Part shown: in pieces, positions 18,698-26,736 of the stretch
Layout of the letters: each line of letters begins with the position of its first letter
Position numbering within the stretch: position 1 is the first letter of the stretch
Position numbers and translations under genes: made by a program
Notes under the pieces: generated by a model
Told to the model about the DNA's origin: nothing
What the model saw: the letters and a program-made list of their open reading frames with translations, nothing else
Databases searched by the model: none
Assembly (NCBI GenBank): GCA_018303825.1
Contig: JAGVXK010000007.1
Span: 823 to 64,822, forward strand
DNA length: 64,000 nt
DNA from: Candidatus Pacearchaeota archaeon
GTDB lineage: Archaea; Nanobdellota; Nanobdellia; Pacearchaeales; GW2011-AR1
Direction: 5' to 3'

Positions 18698-19354
18698 TTA
18701 TTTGAGAAGGGTTATCAGAAGGCCTTCGATGACTGCTGCGATTATTAATAAGGGAATTATGATTAGGAAGAAAACGAGCAGGGACTTATAAGCTCTTTCT
18801 ATTAATGTCTGCATCCTGTTTTTTTTGAAGATAAATGCACCGAGCCTTATTCCGAGACCGAGGGAGATAAAAATGGCTGGGAGCTCAAATATTCCGTGGG
18901 GGAAAAGCCTCCAGATTTCGGAAAATCCAGCAATAGATGAGACCTTGCTTATTACATATCCAATAATAACACCATTTGACATTATGCTTATCAGTGGGAA
19001 TATGCCTAGGATTATCCCAAGAAATAGGCTCACGAATGCCATATTTAAGTTGTTTTGAAAGATAAATGAAATTAAATCCATTCCCTGAAGGTTTTTTGTA
19101 TTTTGCACAATTTCTGCCAGCAATTTATCCAAGTATGAGAAGTCTTTTGCGTTGAAAAATCCTATTAGGGCAAAGAAAACGAATGTAATTATCGTGAAAT
19201 AAATATAATTCCTACTGTCCTTGATGTATTGCCAGCCTGTTGCCAACGGCCCCTTTAAGCTTGGAATTAGGTATTTTCTGGCTTGCTTATTCTGCTTCTC
19301 TGTTTTCTTGCCTGCTTTTTTTCTCTTTTGTTTTCCTGTTCTTTGTTTTTTCAT
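18698..19354 (-). CDS. SpoIIM-like membrane protein (DUF95)
   Basis: GIFELPAIFISLGLGIRLG motif and a ~5-TM topology; N-terminal Lys-rich segment. Confidence 0.6.
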   Translation of the reverse strand: MKKQRTGKQKRKKAGKKTEKQNKQARKYLIPSLKGPLATGWQYIKDSRNYIYFTIITFVFFALIGFFNAKDFSYLDKLLAEIVQNTKNLQGMDLISFIFQNNLNMAFVSLFLGIILGIFPLISIMSNGVIIGYVISKVSSIAGFSEIWRLFPHGIFELPAIFISLGLGIRLGAFIFKKNRMQTLIERAYKSLLVFFLIIIPLLIIAAVIEGLLITLLK

Positions 19355-19394
19355 TTTTATATTTATTTTTTAGGTTTGTTTGCTGTTTATTGCT

Positions 19395-20084
19395 TTACCT
19401 GAACATTCTTTGAAGCATATAAACCTTCTTTTGGTATTTGTTTCTTAGATAAAAGCCATAGATTAATCCAGAAAGGAGCCCTCCGAAGTGCGCCACATTA
19501 CCAACTGGAAGATTAAATCCTATGCTTAGAGCCCAAAGTATAACCAAAAGGGCGGGAACTATTATGTATGCTGGAAAAGACCAGAATGGAAGGAAGATTA
19601 TTGAAAATTTTAATCTTGGAAGCAGAACGACAAATAATCCGGCAATGCCAAATATTGCCCCAGAAGCGCCAATCATATAAACTGCGGGAGAGCCAAGTAT
19701 TCTTTCTCCGAAACCATAACCAAAAAAATATGAAAGCAGGACAGAGAGAATTCCAGCTACTAGTCCGGCAGTAATGTAAAACCAACCGAATCTTTTTCTT
19801 CCTATTATTCTTTCACATAATTTGCCAAATGAGAAGAGGGCGAACATATTAACAAACAAATGCAGCGGACTAAGATGAGAGAACATATGCAATATAATGG
19901 TCCAAATATATTTGCCTTGCATTATTAAATCAGGATTTAAGGCAAAATAGTTAATGTAGTCTTCGTTTATATTTAGAAGGATAAAAAGAATAATCCACAC
20001 TATTATATTTGTTATAATTATCCAGGCAGTTATGGATATTGCTGACAAAAATTCTGGCGAGTTTTTATTATGAGTATTGTTCAT
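19395..20084 (-). CDS. Rhomboid-family intramembrane serine protease
   Basis: HLFVNMFALFSFG, catalytic GASGAIFG (GxSG) and a later His in a TM. Confidence 0.75.
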   Translation of the reverse strand: MNNTHNKNSPEFLSAISITAWIIITNIIVWIILFILLNINEDYINYFALNPDLIMQGKYIWTIILHMFSHLSPLHLFVNMFALFSFGKLCERIIGRKRFGWFYITAGLVAGILSVLLSYFFGYGFGERILGSPAVYMIGASGAIFGIAGLFVVLLPRLKFSIIFLPFWSFPAYIIVPALLVILWALSIGFNLPVGNVAHFGGLLSGLIYGFYLRNKYQKKVYMLQRMFR

Positions 20085-20239
20085 GTCTTTTTCAGGGAGA
20101 TATGGTTTTTAAATTGTGGGAAAAAAGGTAATTACTTAGCTTTTTAAGGTTCTGACGATAAAAAAGAACTGATTTTTTGCTAATTTTTGGCTTTATAGAC
20201 GATAACCACTTCATAAAGCTAAGTAGACACGAAAAATGC

Positions 20240-21004
20240 TTATTTTCTTTTCTTTTTTATTTTTTTATTTTTCTTCCTTTTTGCTTTTCTTTCTGCTTTC
20301 TTCTTTCTCTTTGCCCTTTCTTCTTTCTTTGCCAGTCTTACTTTTTCTTTTTTTCTTGCCTTTCTTTCTTTTTCCTTTTTCTTTACTTCTGCTCTCAATC
20401 TTCTCTTCTTTGTCTTTTCTTCTTGTCCCGTAACTACTCCTATTTCCAGGTTTATTTCATCGAGAACTTTTTGCAGCCTGGCAATTTTCTTTTCTAGTTC
20501 TTGAATTTCCTGGACGTGGCTTTTCAATTCAAGAATTTCTCCGCATTCTGGGCAGGCGTATTGGGCTAACAGAGCTTCTTCAGTAGTATATTCTGAATGA
20601 CAATTAGGACAGATAAAGAATTGGTGTGTTTTTTTGATATGTATGTCTTTTTTTATATTTTCTATTTCCAGATTAAGCTTGTCTCTGAATTTTTGCAGAC
20701 TTTTTCCGAAATTAAGAGTCCAGAAATATGTATACCATCCACCCTTTTTTCTGTCTTTTTTTCTTATGAATGAAACAAGACCTTCATCCGCCAGCTTATA
20801 TAAAACGTTTCTTGTTTGATTTATGGTCAATTTGAGTTTTTTTGCTATTATGAATTCATTTATATTTTTCTTATCATATAATAGGTCCACTATTTTAGCA
20901 GCATTAGTGCCAGCAATGGATGAAACTATTTCCTTAAAAACAGTGATTTGCATATAACTTTCTAAAAGAGTTTTATTAAAAACCTTTCTACTGCTTGTCG
21001 TCAT
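20240..21004 (-). CDS. tfe: Transcription factor E (TFE/TFIIE-alpha homolog) with long poly-basic C-terminal tail
   Basis: wH domain (AAKIVDLLYDKKNINEFIIAKKLKLTINQTRNVLYKLADEGLVSF) plus zinc ribbon CPNCH...CPECG; the C-terminal ~60 aa are almost entirely K/R/E. Confidence 0.7.
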   Translation of the reverse strand: MTTSSRKVFNKTLLESYMQITVFKEIVSSIAGTNAAKIVDLLYDKKNINEFIIAKKLKLTINQTRNVLYKLADEGLVSFIRKKDRKKGGWYTYFWTLNFGKSLQKFRDKLNLEIENIKKDIHIKKTHQFFICPNCHSEYTTEEALLAQYACPECGEILELKSHVQEIQELEKKIARLQKVLDEINLEIGVVTGQEEKTKKRRLRAEVKKKEKERKARKKEKVRLAKKEERAKRKKKAERKAKRKKNKKIKKKRK

Positions 21005-21037
21005 TAGATAGTTAATCTAAAGTTATATAAATTAAAA

Positions 21038-21802
21038 TTGGAAATTAAGGATATGTTCTTTAAAAAGAAAGAGGATAAAAGCAAGCTGCCCGATTTACCG
21101 CCTTTGCCTATGCGGAATATGAATTTGCAGCCAAGGGATTCTCAAAGTTTTGAGAGACTGCCTTCTTTTGGTTCAGCAGATAAAGAATTAAGAAAGGAGA
21201 TTTCCGAAGGTGAACAGGATTCTATTGATTCTGAGGAGAGGCATTCTTTGCCTAGTTTCCCTGATTCTCCCATGGAGAGAGGATTTTCACAATCAGCCAT
21301 AAAAGAAGCAGTCAGTGATGAACCAGAGGATTTGCCAAAATTATCCGAATCATTCGAATCTGATGAGAGTGTTGGAAGCCCAATGCCGAAAAAAATTAAG
21401 GTTGTTGAAGCCGATCAGTCAGGGTTTAAGAAGGTTGAGTCAAGCAATTGGTATTCTGCAACAGGAATAGATGAGCCGAGTGAAGAAAAATCAATAACGA
21501 ATGCGAGGCCTGTTAAGATTAAAGAGATTGGAGAAGTTAAGAGCAGTATGAATGAGATTTCTGTTGGTAAAAATGTGGCTAAGAACCAGGATATTTTTGT
21601 CAGAATTGATAAATATAGAAGCGCTAGAAAATCTTTGGATGAAATTGACTTTAGGCTGAATGAAATAGATTCCTTGCTGAAAAAAATCAGGGAGACAAAG
21701 TTGAGGGAAGAGCAAGAAATGAATGCATGGGATCGGGAATTGAATACAATTAGGGAAAAACTAAAAGATGTAACAGGAAATATATTTGAGAAGGCAGACT
21801 AA
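21038..21802 (+). CDS. Acidic Ser/Glu-rich hypothetical protein with C-terminal coiled coil
   Basis: 254-aa ORF with low-complexity acidic N-half. Confidence 0.4.
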   Translation: MEIKDMFFKKKEDKSKLPDLPPLPMRNMNLQPRDSQSFERLPSFGSADKELRKEISEGEQDSIDSEERHSLPSFPDSPMERGFSQSAIKEAVSDEPEDLPKLSESFESDESVGSPMPKKIKVVEADQSGFKKVESSNWYSATGIDEPSEEKSITNARPVKIKEIGEVKSSMNEISVGKNVAKNQDIFVRIDKYRSARKSLDEIDFRLNEIDSLLKKIRETKLREEQEMNAWDRELNTIREKLKDVTGNIFEKAD

Positions 21803-21805
21803 AAA

Positions 21806-22141
21806 ATGAAATCCGAATATGTAAAACTTTCAAGTGATGAGAAGTTTTTTGGTACTAAGAATCTGCTTCAATCTCAGGAGAGTATGATAAATTTATTAAA
21901 ACACTTTGATAAATACGGGGAATTAAGGAAAGATGAGATGAATTTAAGAGTTTCTTTGAAAAGTAAGATTGGGGAAGCTATGAACATTGTTGACAATTTG
22001 ATAAGAAGCCTTCCAAAAGCGAGGATGGAAGACAATGAACCTGATGAATTCGAGATTCTTGACAGGGAAAAGAGAGAAAAGAAAGAAACCCATGAAAGGG
22101 AATTGGAAGATATCCGGCAGAAACTTGCATCGTTAGGATAA
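21806..22141 (+). CDS. Coiled-coil hypothetical protein
   Basis: 111 aa, starting 4 nt after the previous gene (likely operon). Confidence 0.4.
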   Translation: MKSEYVKLSSDEKFFGTKNLLQSQESMINLLKHFDKYGELRKDEMNLRVSLKSKIGEAMNIVDNLIRSLPKARMEDNEPDEFEILDREKREKKETHERELEDIRQKLASLG

Positions 22142-22180
22142 ATTCAATAATTTTAAATATGAACATATTTCTAAGCATAT

Positions 22181-23974
22181 ATGAAAGGGATAAAAACAAG
22201 GCAAGAACTTATTAAGGAATATGTAGAGTTTTTTAAGGGCAAAGGGCATAAGCATATTCCTTCATCTTCGTTGATTCCTGAGAATGATTCAACAGTATTA
22301 TTCACAACAGCAGGAATGCATCCACTTATTCCTTTTCTTTTAGGGGAAAAGCATCCGCTTGGAAAGAGAATAGTTAATGTGCAGAAATGCATAAGGACAA
22401 ACGATATAGATGAAGTTGGCGATGAGGTACATCACACTTTCTTTGAAATGTTAGGTAATTGGTCTATGGGAGATTATTGGAAATCAGAGGCTATAAAATG
22501 TACTTTTGAATTTCATACAAAAGTATTGGGAATTCCAGTTGAGAAATATGCAGTAACTATATTTAAGGGAAATGAAAATGCCCTCAAGGATGCCGAAGCA
22601 GAGAAAGCCTGGCTTTCTCTTGGAATTCCAAAAGAAAGAATTGCATTTCTCGGAAAGGAAGATAATTGGTGGGGGCCGGCTGGAGAAACTGGACCTTGCG
22701 GACCTTGCACAGAGCAATTTTATTGGAAAGGCAAAAAGGCAGCTCCAAAGAAGTTTAATCCAGAGGATAAGAATTGGGTGGAAATAGGAAATGATGTGTT
22801 GATGGAATATGAGAAAACAAAGGAAGGGAAATATATTCCATTGAAGCAAAAGAATATTGATTTCGGAGGAGGTGTTGAAAGAACCTTTGCCGTCCTGAAT
22901 GGATTTGATGATAATTATCTTTCTTCAATATTCCAGCCGATTATAAAAGAGATTGAATTAATTTCAGGGAAGAGATATGGAAAAAATAAAGGGGAAACAA
23001 GGGCAATAAGGATTATTGCAGACCATATAAGAGCAGCGACTTTTATTTTAGGGGATGAAAAGGCAGTAAAGCCAAGCAACATTGGGCAAGGATATGTTTT
23101 GAGAAGAATTATTAGAAGAGCGATTAGGTATGGAAAATTAATTGGTATTAAAGATAATTTCACTTCAAAGGTTGCAAAATCAGTCATTTTGGTTTATCCA
23201 GATTATCAAGAATTGCATGTAAATAAGAAATTTATTGAGGAACAATTGGACGAAGAAGAAAACAGGTTTAATCAGACGTTGGAAAAAGGAATAAGGAAGT
23301 TTAATGGACTAGCTTCCAGGAGAGAAAAGATTCTTACTGGGAAAGAAGCATTCCTGCTTTTCCAGAGTTTTGGTTTTCCTATTGAGTTTACAGAGGAATT
23401 GGCGGAAGAGAAAGGAATTAAAGTTGATTTGGAGGAATATAATGCTGAATTTAAGAGACATCAGGACTTATCAAGGACAGCAAGTGCAGGGACTTTTAAA
23501 TCAGGACTTGCAGATGATAGCGAGCAAACAAGAAAATTACATACTGCAACACATTTATTGAACGAAGTCCTTAGAAGAGTGCTTGGAAATGAAGTTAAAC
23601 AAAAAGGGAGCAATATTAATCCAGAAAGGCTTAGGTTTGACTTTAATTTTTCAAGGAAGTTAACAAATGAGGAAATAAAGAAAGTTGAAGAATTGGTTAA
23701 TATGAAGATAAAAGAAAAACTGGATGTTTTAAGAGATGAAATACCTGTCAAGGATGCCATATCCGGTGGCGCACAGGCAGAGTTCGGAGCTAAATATCCT
23801 GAACTTGTCAGTGTTTATACTGTAATAGATAAAAAAGAGAAGAAAGGATGGTTCTCAAAAGAAATTTGCACAGGCCCACACGTTTCAAATACTGGCGAGA
23901 TTGGAAAGTTCAAGATTATTAAAGAGGAATCTGTGGCTGCGGGAGTCAGAAGGATAAAGGCTGTTGTGGAATAA
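22181..23974 (+). CDS. alaS: Alanyl-tRNA synthetase, bacterial-type, short form (catalytic + editing domains, no C-Ala domain)
   Basis: FTTAGMHPLIPF, HHTFFEMLGNWSMGDYWK (bacterial AlaRS signature), editing-domain HTATHLL ... CTGPHVSNTGEIGKFKI; stop after 597 aa. Confidence 0.8.
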   Translation: MKGIKTRQELIKEYVEFFKGKGHKHIPSSSLIPENDSTVLFTTAGMHPLIPFLLGEKHPLGKRIVNVQKCIRTNDIDEVGDEVHHTFFEMLGNWSMGDYWKSEAIKCTFEFHTKVLGIPVEKYAVTIFKGNENALKDAEAEKAWLSLGIPKERIAFLGKEDNWWGPAGETGPCGPCTEQFYWKGKKAAPKKFNPEDKNWVEIGNDVLMEYEKTKEGKYIPLKQKNIDFGGGVERTFAVLNGFDDNYLSSIFQPIIKEIELISGKRYGKNKGETRAIRIIADHIRAATFILGDEKAVKPSNIGQGYVLRRIIRRAIRYGKLIGIKDNFTSKVAKSVILVYPDYQELHVNKKFIEEQLDEEENRFNQTLEKGIRKFNGLASRREKILTGKEAFLLFQSFGFPIEFTEELAEEKGIKVDLEEYNAEFKRHQDLSRTASAGTFKSGLADDSEQTRKLHTATHLLNEVLRRVLGNEVKQKGSNINPERLRFDFNFSRKLTNEEIKKVEELVNMKIKEKLDVLRDEIPVKDAISGGAQAEFGAKYPELVSVYTVIDKKEKKGWFSKEICTGPHVSNTGEIGKFKIIKEESVAAGVRRIKAVVE

Positions 23975-24485
23975 AATGACTAAGATATTAATTGCTTCAA
24001 AATATGAAAAAGTGGAAGGTTCTTTGATTTTTTTGGCTGGGTCGATACAAGGTGCGAAAAATTGGCAGGAAGAGGCAATTAAAATAATAAGCGAATTGAA
24101 AAATCTGAAGATAAATGTTGCTTCTCCGAGAAGAAATGTTTCTGTTGAAGGAGATTTTACAGATGAAATGTATAATGAACAAGTTGATTGGGAAACTTTT
24201 CATTTGCGAAGGGCTGCGAAAAAAGGAGTTATAATGTTTTGGCTCGCCAAGGAATCCGAGCATTTTCATAATAGAGCTTATGCACAGACTTCAAGATTTG
24301 AGCTTGCAGAGTGGAAAGTCAGGCATGCAAAAGAGAACGTTAAATTAGTCATTGGAATAGAAAAAGGATTTACCGGCGCAAGATACATTCGGAGAAGATT
24401 TTCACAGGATTGTCCAGATGTTCCAATCCTTGATAGCTTAACCGAGACATGCAAAAAAGCAGTTGAATTAGCTTTGGAAAGTTAG
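23964..24485 (+). CDS. Hypothetical protein, possibly nucleoside 2-deoxyribosyltransferase-like
   Basis: IFLAGSIQGAKNWQEEAI N-terminus is reminiscent of the NDT-like Rossmann fold; weak. Confidence 0.3.
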   Translation: MWNKMTKILIASKYEKVEGSLIFLAGSIQGAKNWQEEAIKIISELKNLKINVASPRRNVSVEGDFTDEMYNEQVDWETFHLRRAAKKGVIMFWLAKESEHFHNRAYAQTSRFELAEWKVRHAKENVKLVIGIEKGFTGARYIRRRFSQDCPDVPILDSLTETCKKAVELALES

Positions 24486-24575
24486 GTGTTATGACTAATA
24501 GAATAATTATGTAATTACTTCTATTTAATACTAAATCATAAAAATCTTTATAAACTAGGCATTTCTAAGGAGAAT

Positions 24576-24773
24576 ATGAATAAATGGGTTGAATTATTGC
24601 TTGGACTGGTATTGGTAATAGTTGCAATTATAGTCGCATTTTATTCGAGAGGTTGGGGTCTTTGGAACTTCTGGTCACCCGCTTGGGTCTTTATCAAGGG
24701 CGCTGTATTTTGGCTAGTTGTAATGCTTGGCGTTCTTTTTATTCTTCTTGGCATAAGTGATTTGAAAGGTTAA
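24576..24773 (+). CDS. Small two-TM membrane protein
   Basis: 65 aa, two hydrophobic helices. Confidence 0.35.
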   Translation: MNKWVELLLGLVLVIVAIIVAFYSRGWGLWNFWSPAWVFIKGAVFWLVVMLGVLFILLGISDLKG

Positions 24774-24938
24774 AATTGTTTTTTAATTATTATGCTGTTA
24801 TTTAATTGCATTATCTTTTGATTTAGTTATTTAAGTTCAATCTTAATGGAAGTCAAAACAGGGTTTATATACATCTTTTTCTTGTGTTTCCTGTGAACGA
24901 AAATGACAGATAGGCTTTAGGAAAGTCAAGGTTCATAA

Positions 24939-25568
24939 ATGAGAATGACAGAAAAATACATCAACATTGATTTGAATGATCCTAGAAGCGGAAAGATAGC
25001 AGAGGTAATCAGCAATAAGACGAGCAAGAGAATACTTGGATTGATAGCGGAAAGAGAGATGAGTGCTACAGAGATAGCTAATGAATTGGGATTGCCTTTA
25101 AACACGGCAACATATAATATAGAGAAGTTGGTTGATTCAGGGTTGATTGAGAAAGTAAAGGGATTTTTATGGAGCACAAGGGGGAAGAAGATTGAAAAAT
25201 ATAAAATAGCAAACAAGAAAATAGTTATTTCTCCAAGAACCATGATGAAGGGGATTATTCCTGCAATATTGGGTGTTGGAGTCATCTCTTTTATATTGAA
25301 GTTACTTTCTGATAATCAATCTAATACTAGTAATTATGTTCAGACAGCAGCAATGGATAAAGCAGTTTCAGGCGCCAGCGGGGTAGTCAGTGAGGCAGCT
25401 AGTGAGCTTATTACCAGGCCAGAGCCAGCATCAACGGGAGTTGTGAGTAATATATGCAGTTCTTTTAATTCTCTGTCTGGAGAGGTATGGGCTTGGTTCC
25501 TTCTTGGAGCGCTGGTTGCAATTTTAATCTATTTAATATTCAACAGTATTGAAAGGAGGTATAAATGA
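24939..25568 (+). CDS. ArsR-like winged-helix regulator with two TM segments
   Basis: GKIAEVISNKTSKRILGLIAEREMSATEIANELGLPLNTATYNIEKLVDSGLIEK HTH; TM helices at ~105-125 and the C-terminus. Confidence 0.6.
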   Translation: MRMTEKYINIDLNDPRSGKIAEVISNKTSKRILGLIAEREMSATEIANELGLPLNTATYNIEKLVDSGLIEKVKGFLWSTRGKKIEKYKIANKKIVISPRTMMKGIIPAILGVGVISFILKLLSDNQSNTSNYVQTAAMDKAVSGASGVVSEAASELITRPEPASTGVVSNICSSFNSLSGEVWAWFLLGALVAILIYLIFNSIERRYK

Positions 25569-26287
25569 ACAATAAAATTTTAATCGGGGTTGTAGTAATA
25601 GCAATACTACTTGTTGCGGGATATCTTGTATTTAATGCAGGTCCTGTTGTATCTGCTCAAGGAACTTCAAAAATAAGTGTCCAGCCAGATTTAGTATCTG
25701 TTAATATAGATGTTACAACTAAAAATATAACTGCAACAGATGCGCAGGAAGCTAACAAAAGAATTAGCGATGCATTGCTTTTTGAGCTTGTAAAATTAGG
25801 TTTTACAACAAGGGAATTACAATTTGTTAATTATAATGTTTATGAAGATGTAGATTGGAGGACCAATACTAAGAAAGGCTATGTTGTGTCACAGCAGCTA
25901 GTTGTAAAGACTGATAAGACGGCAAAGGTGCCTGGAATAGTTGATGCAGCCATAAATGCCGGCGCTCTTGTAAGTTATATCAATTTTGAGTTAAGTGAAG
26001 AGAAACAGAGAGAGTACAAGGCACAGGCTTTGGAGGCTGCAAGCAGGGATGCAAAAGATAAGGTACAAGCAATTGCTTCTGGACAGGGAAAGAGGGTTGG
26101 AAGATTAGTTTCATTGATTAATCAGGAGTTTTATTATCCTGGGCTAATGTATGCTTATCAGAAAGCCGGGGAAGTTGCAATGGATGTGGCAAACAGCGAA
26201 GCAAGAACCGCTGCTTTAAACTTGAATCCTCAAAATTTGGATGTGACTGCTTCAATTGCTGCCCAGTACAAGCTCAGTTTCTTTTAA
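25565..26287 (+). CDS. SIMPL-domain (DUF541) protein with N-terminal signal anchor
   Basis: SIMPL-like pattern (ISVQPDLVSVNIDV..., VVSQQLVVKTDKTAKVPGIVDAAINAGA), ATGA overlap with the upstream regulator. Confidence 0.6.
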   Translation: MNNKILIGVVVIAILLVAGYLVFNAGPVVSAQGTSKISVQPDLVSVNIDVTTKNITATDAQEANKRISDALLFELVKLGFTTRELQFVNYNVYEDVDWRTNTKKGYVVSQQLVVKTDKTAKVPGIVDAAINAGALVSYINFELSEEKQREYKAQALEAASRDAKDKVQAIASGQGKRVGRLVSLINQEFYYPGLMYAYQKAGEVAMDVANSEARTAALNLNPQNLDVTASIAAQYKLSFF

Positions 26288-26410
26288 TTTTGCTTTTTTC
26301 ATTATTTTTTTCTTTTTTTATCATTTTTGTAGTTAATCTTGTATAATAATTGTTATTTTGGTTTTAACACAACGTTTAAATATCTATTTTATCTAGTTCT
26401 ATTGCTTAGT

Positions 26411-26462
26411 ATTGATGAGGATTATTGATGCAAGGCATTGATGCAAGGCATTGATGCACAAT
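26411..26462 (+). repeat. Four tandem copies of a 13-bp unit ATTGATGnnnnnn
   Basis: attgatgaggatt / attgatgcaaggc / attgatgcaaggc / attgatgcacaat at exact 13-bp phase. Confidence 0.8.
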
Positions 26463-26495
26463 AAGGAATGAAGAGAGCAGAATGAAAGATAAAAG

Positions 26496-26514
26496 TAGGC
26501 TTTATGAAAGCCTA
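26496..26514 (+). promoter_or_regulatory. Perfect palindrome TAGGCTTTAtgAAAGCCTA upstream of wHTH gene (operator-like)
   Basis: Hairpin/dyad AGGCTTT-nn-AAAGCCT; near-identical copy at 32640..32658 and a half-site copy at 24911..24935. Confidence 0.55.
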
Positions 26515-26535
26515 GGAAGGTAAGGTTATAAAAAT

Positions 26536-26736
26536 ATGAGAGATAAAAAAGAGAGGGTGTTGGATTTATTGAGAAAAGACCCTGATGGATTGACTATAAT
26601 GGAGATTTCTCAAAAAATTGGAGTATCCAGAAATACTGCTGCGGTGGTTCTTGCTGAATTAAGGGGGGCGCAATTGATAAGAGTCAGGGAGATAGGGAAG
26701 GCCAAATTGCATTATTTAAATGGAGATAAAAAATGA
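26536..26736 (+). CDS. Small winged-helix transcriptional regulator
   Basis: LTIMEISQKIGVSRNTAAVVLAELRGAQLI HTH; its stop overlaps the start of the 1305-aa gene (ATGA). Confidence 0.6.
   Translation: MRDKKERVLDLLRKDPDGLTIMEISQKIGVSRNTAAVVLAELRGAQLIRVREIGKAKLHYLNGDKK

Noticed and set aside
20240-20440. Low-complexity cttt/ttct-rich DNA that looks like a microsatellite or CRISPR-like periodic region
   Set aside because: It is the coding sequence of the Lys/Arg-rich tail of TFE. The ORFs 20177..20497 and 20236..20433 on the + strand are antisense translations of this tract. There is no repeat-spacer architecture.
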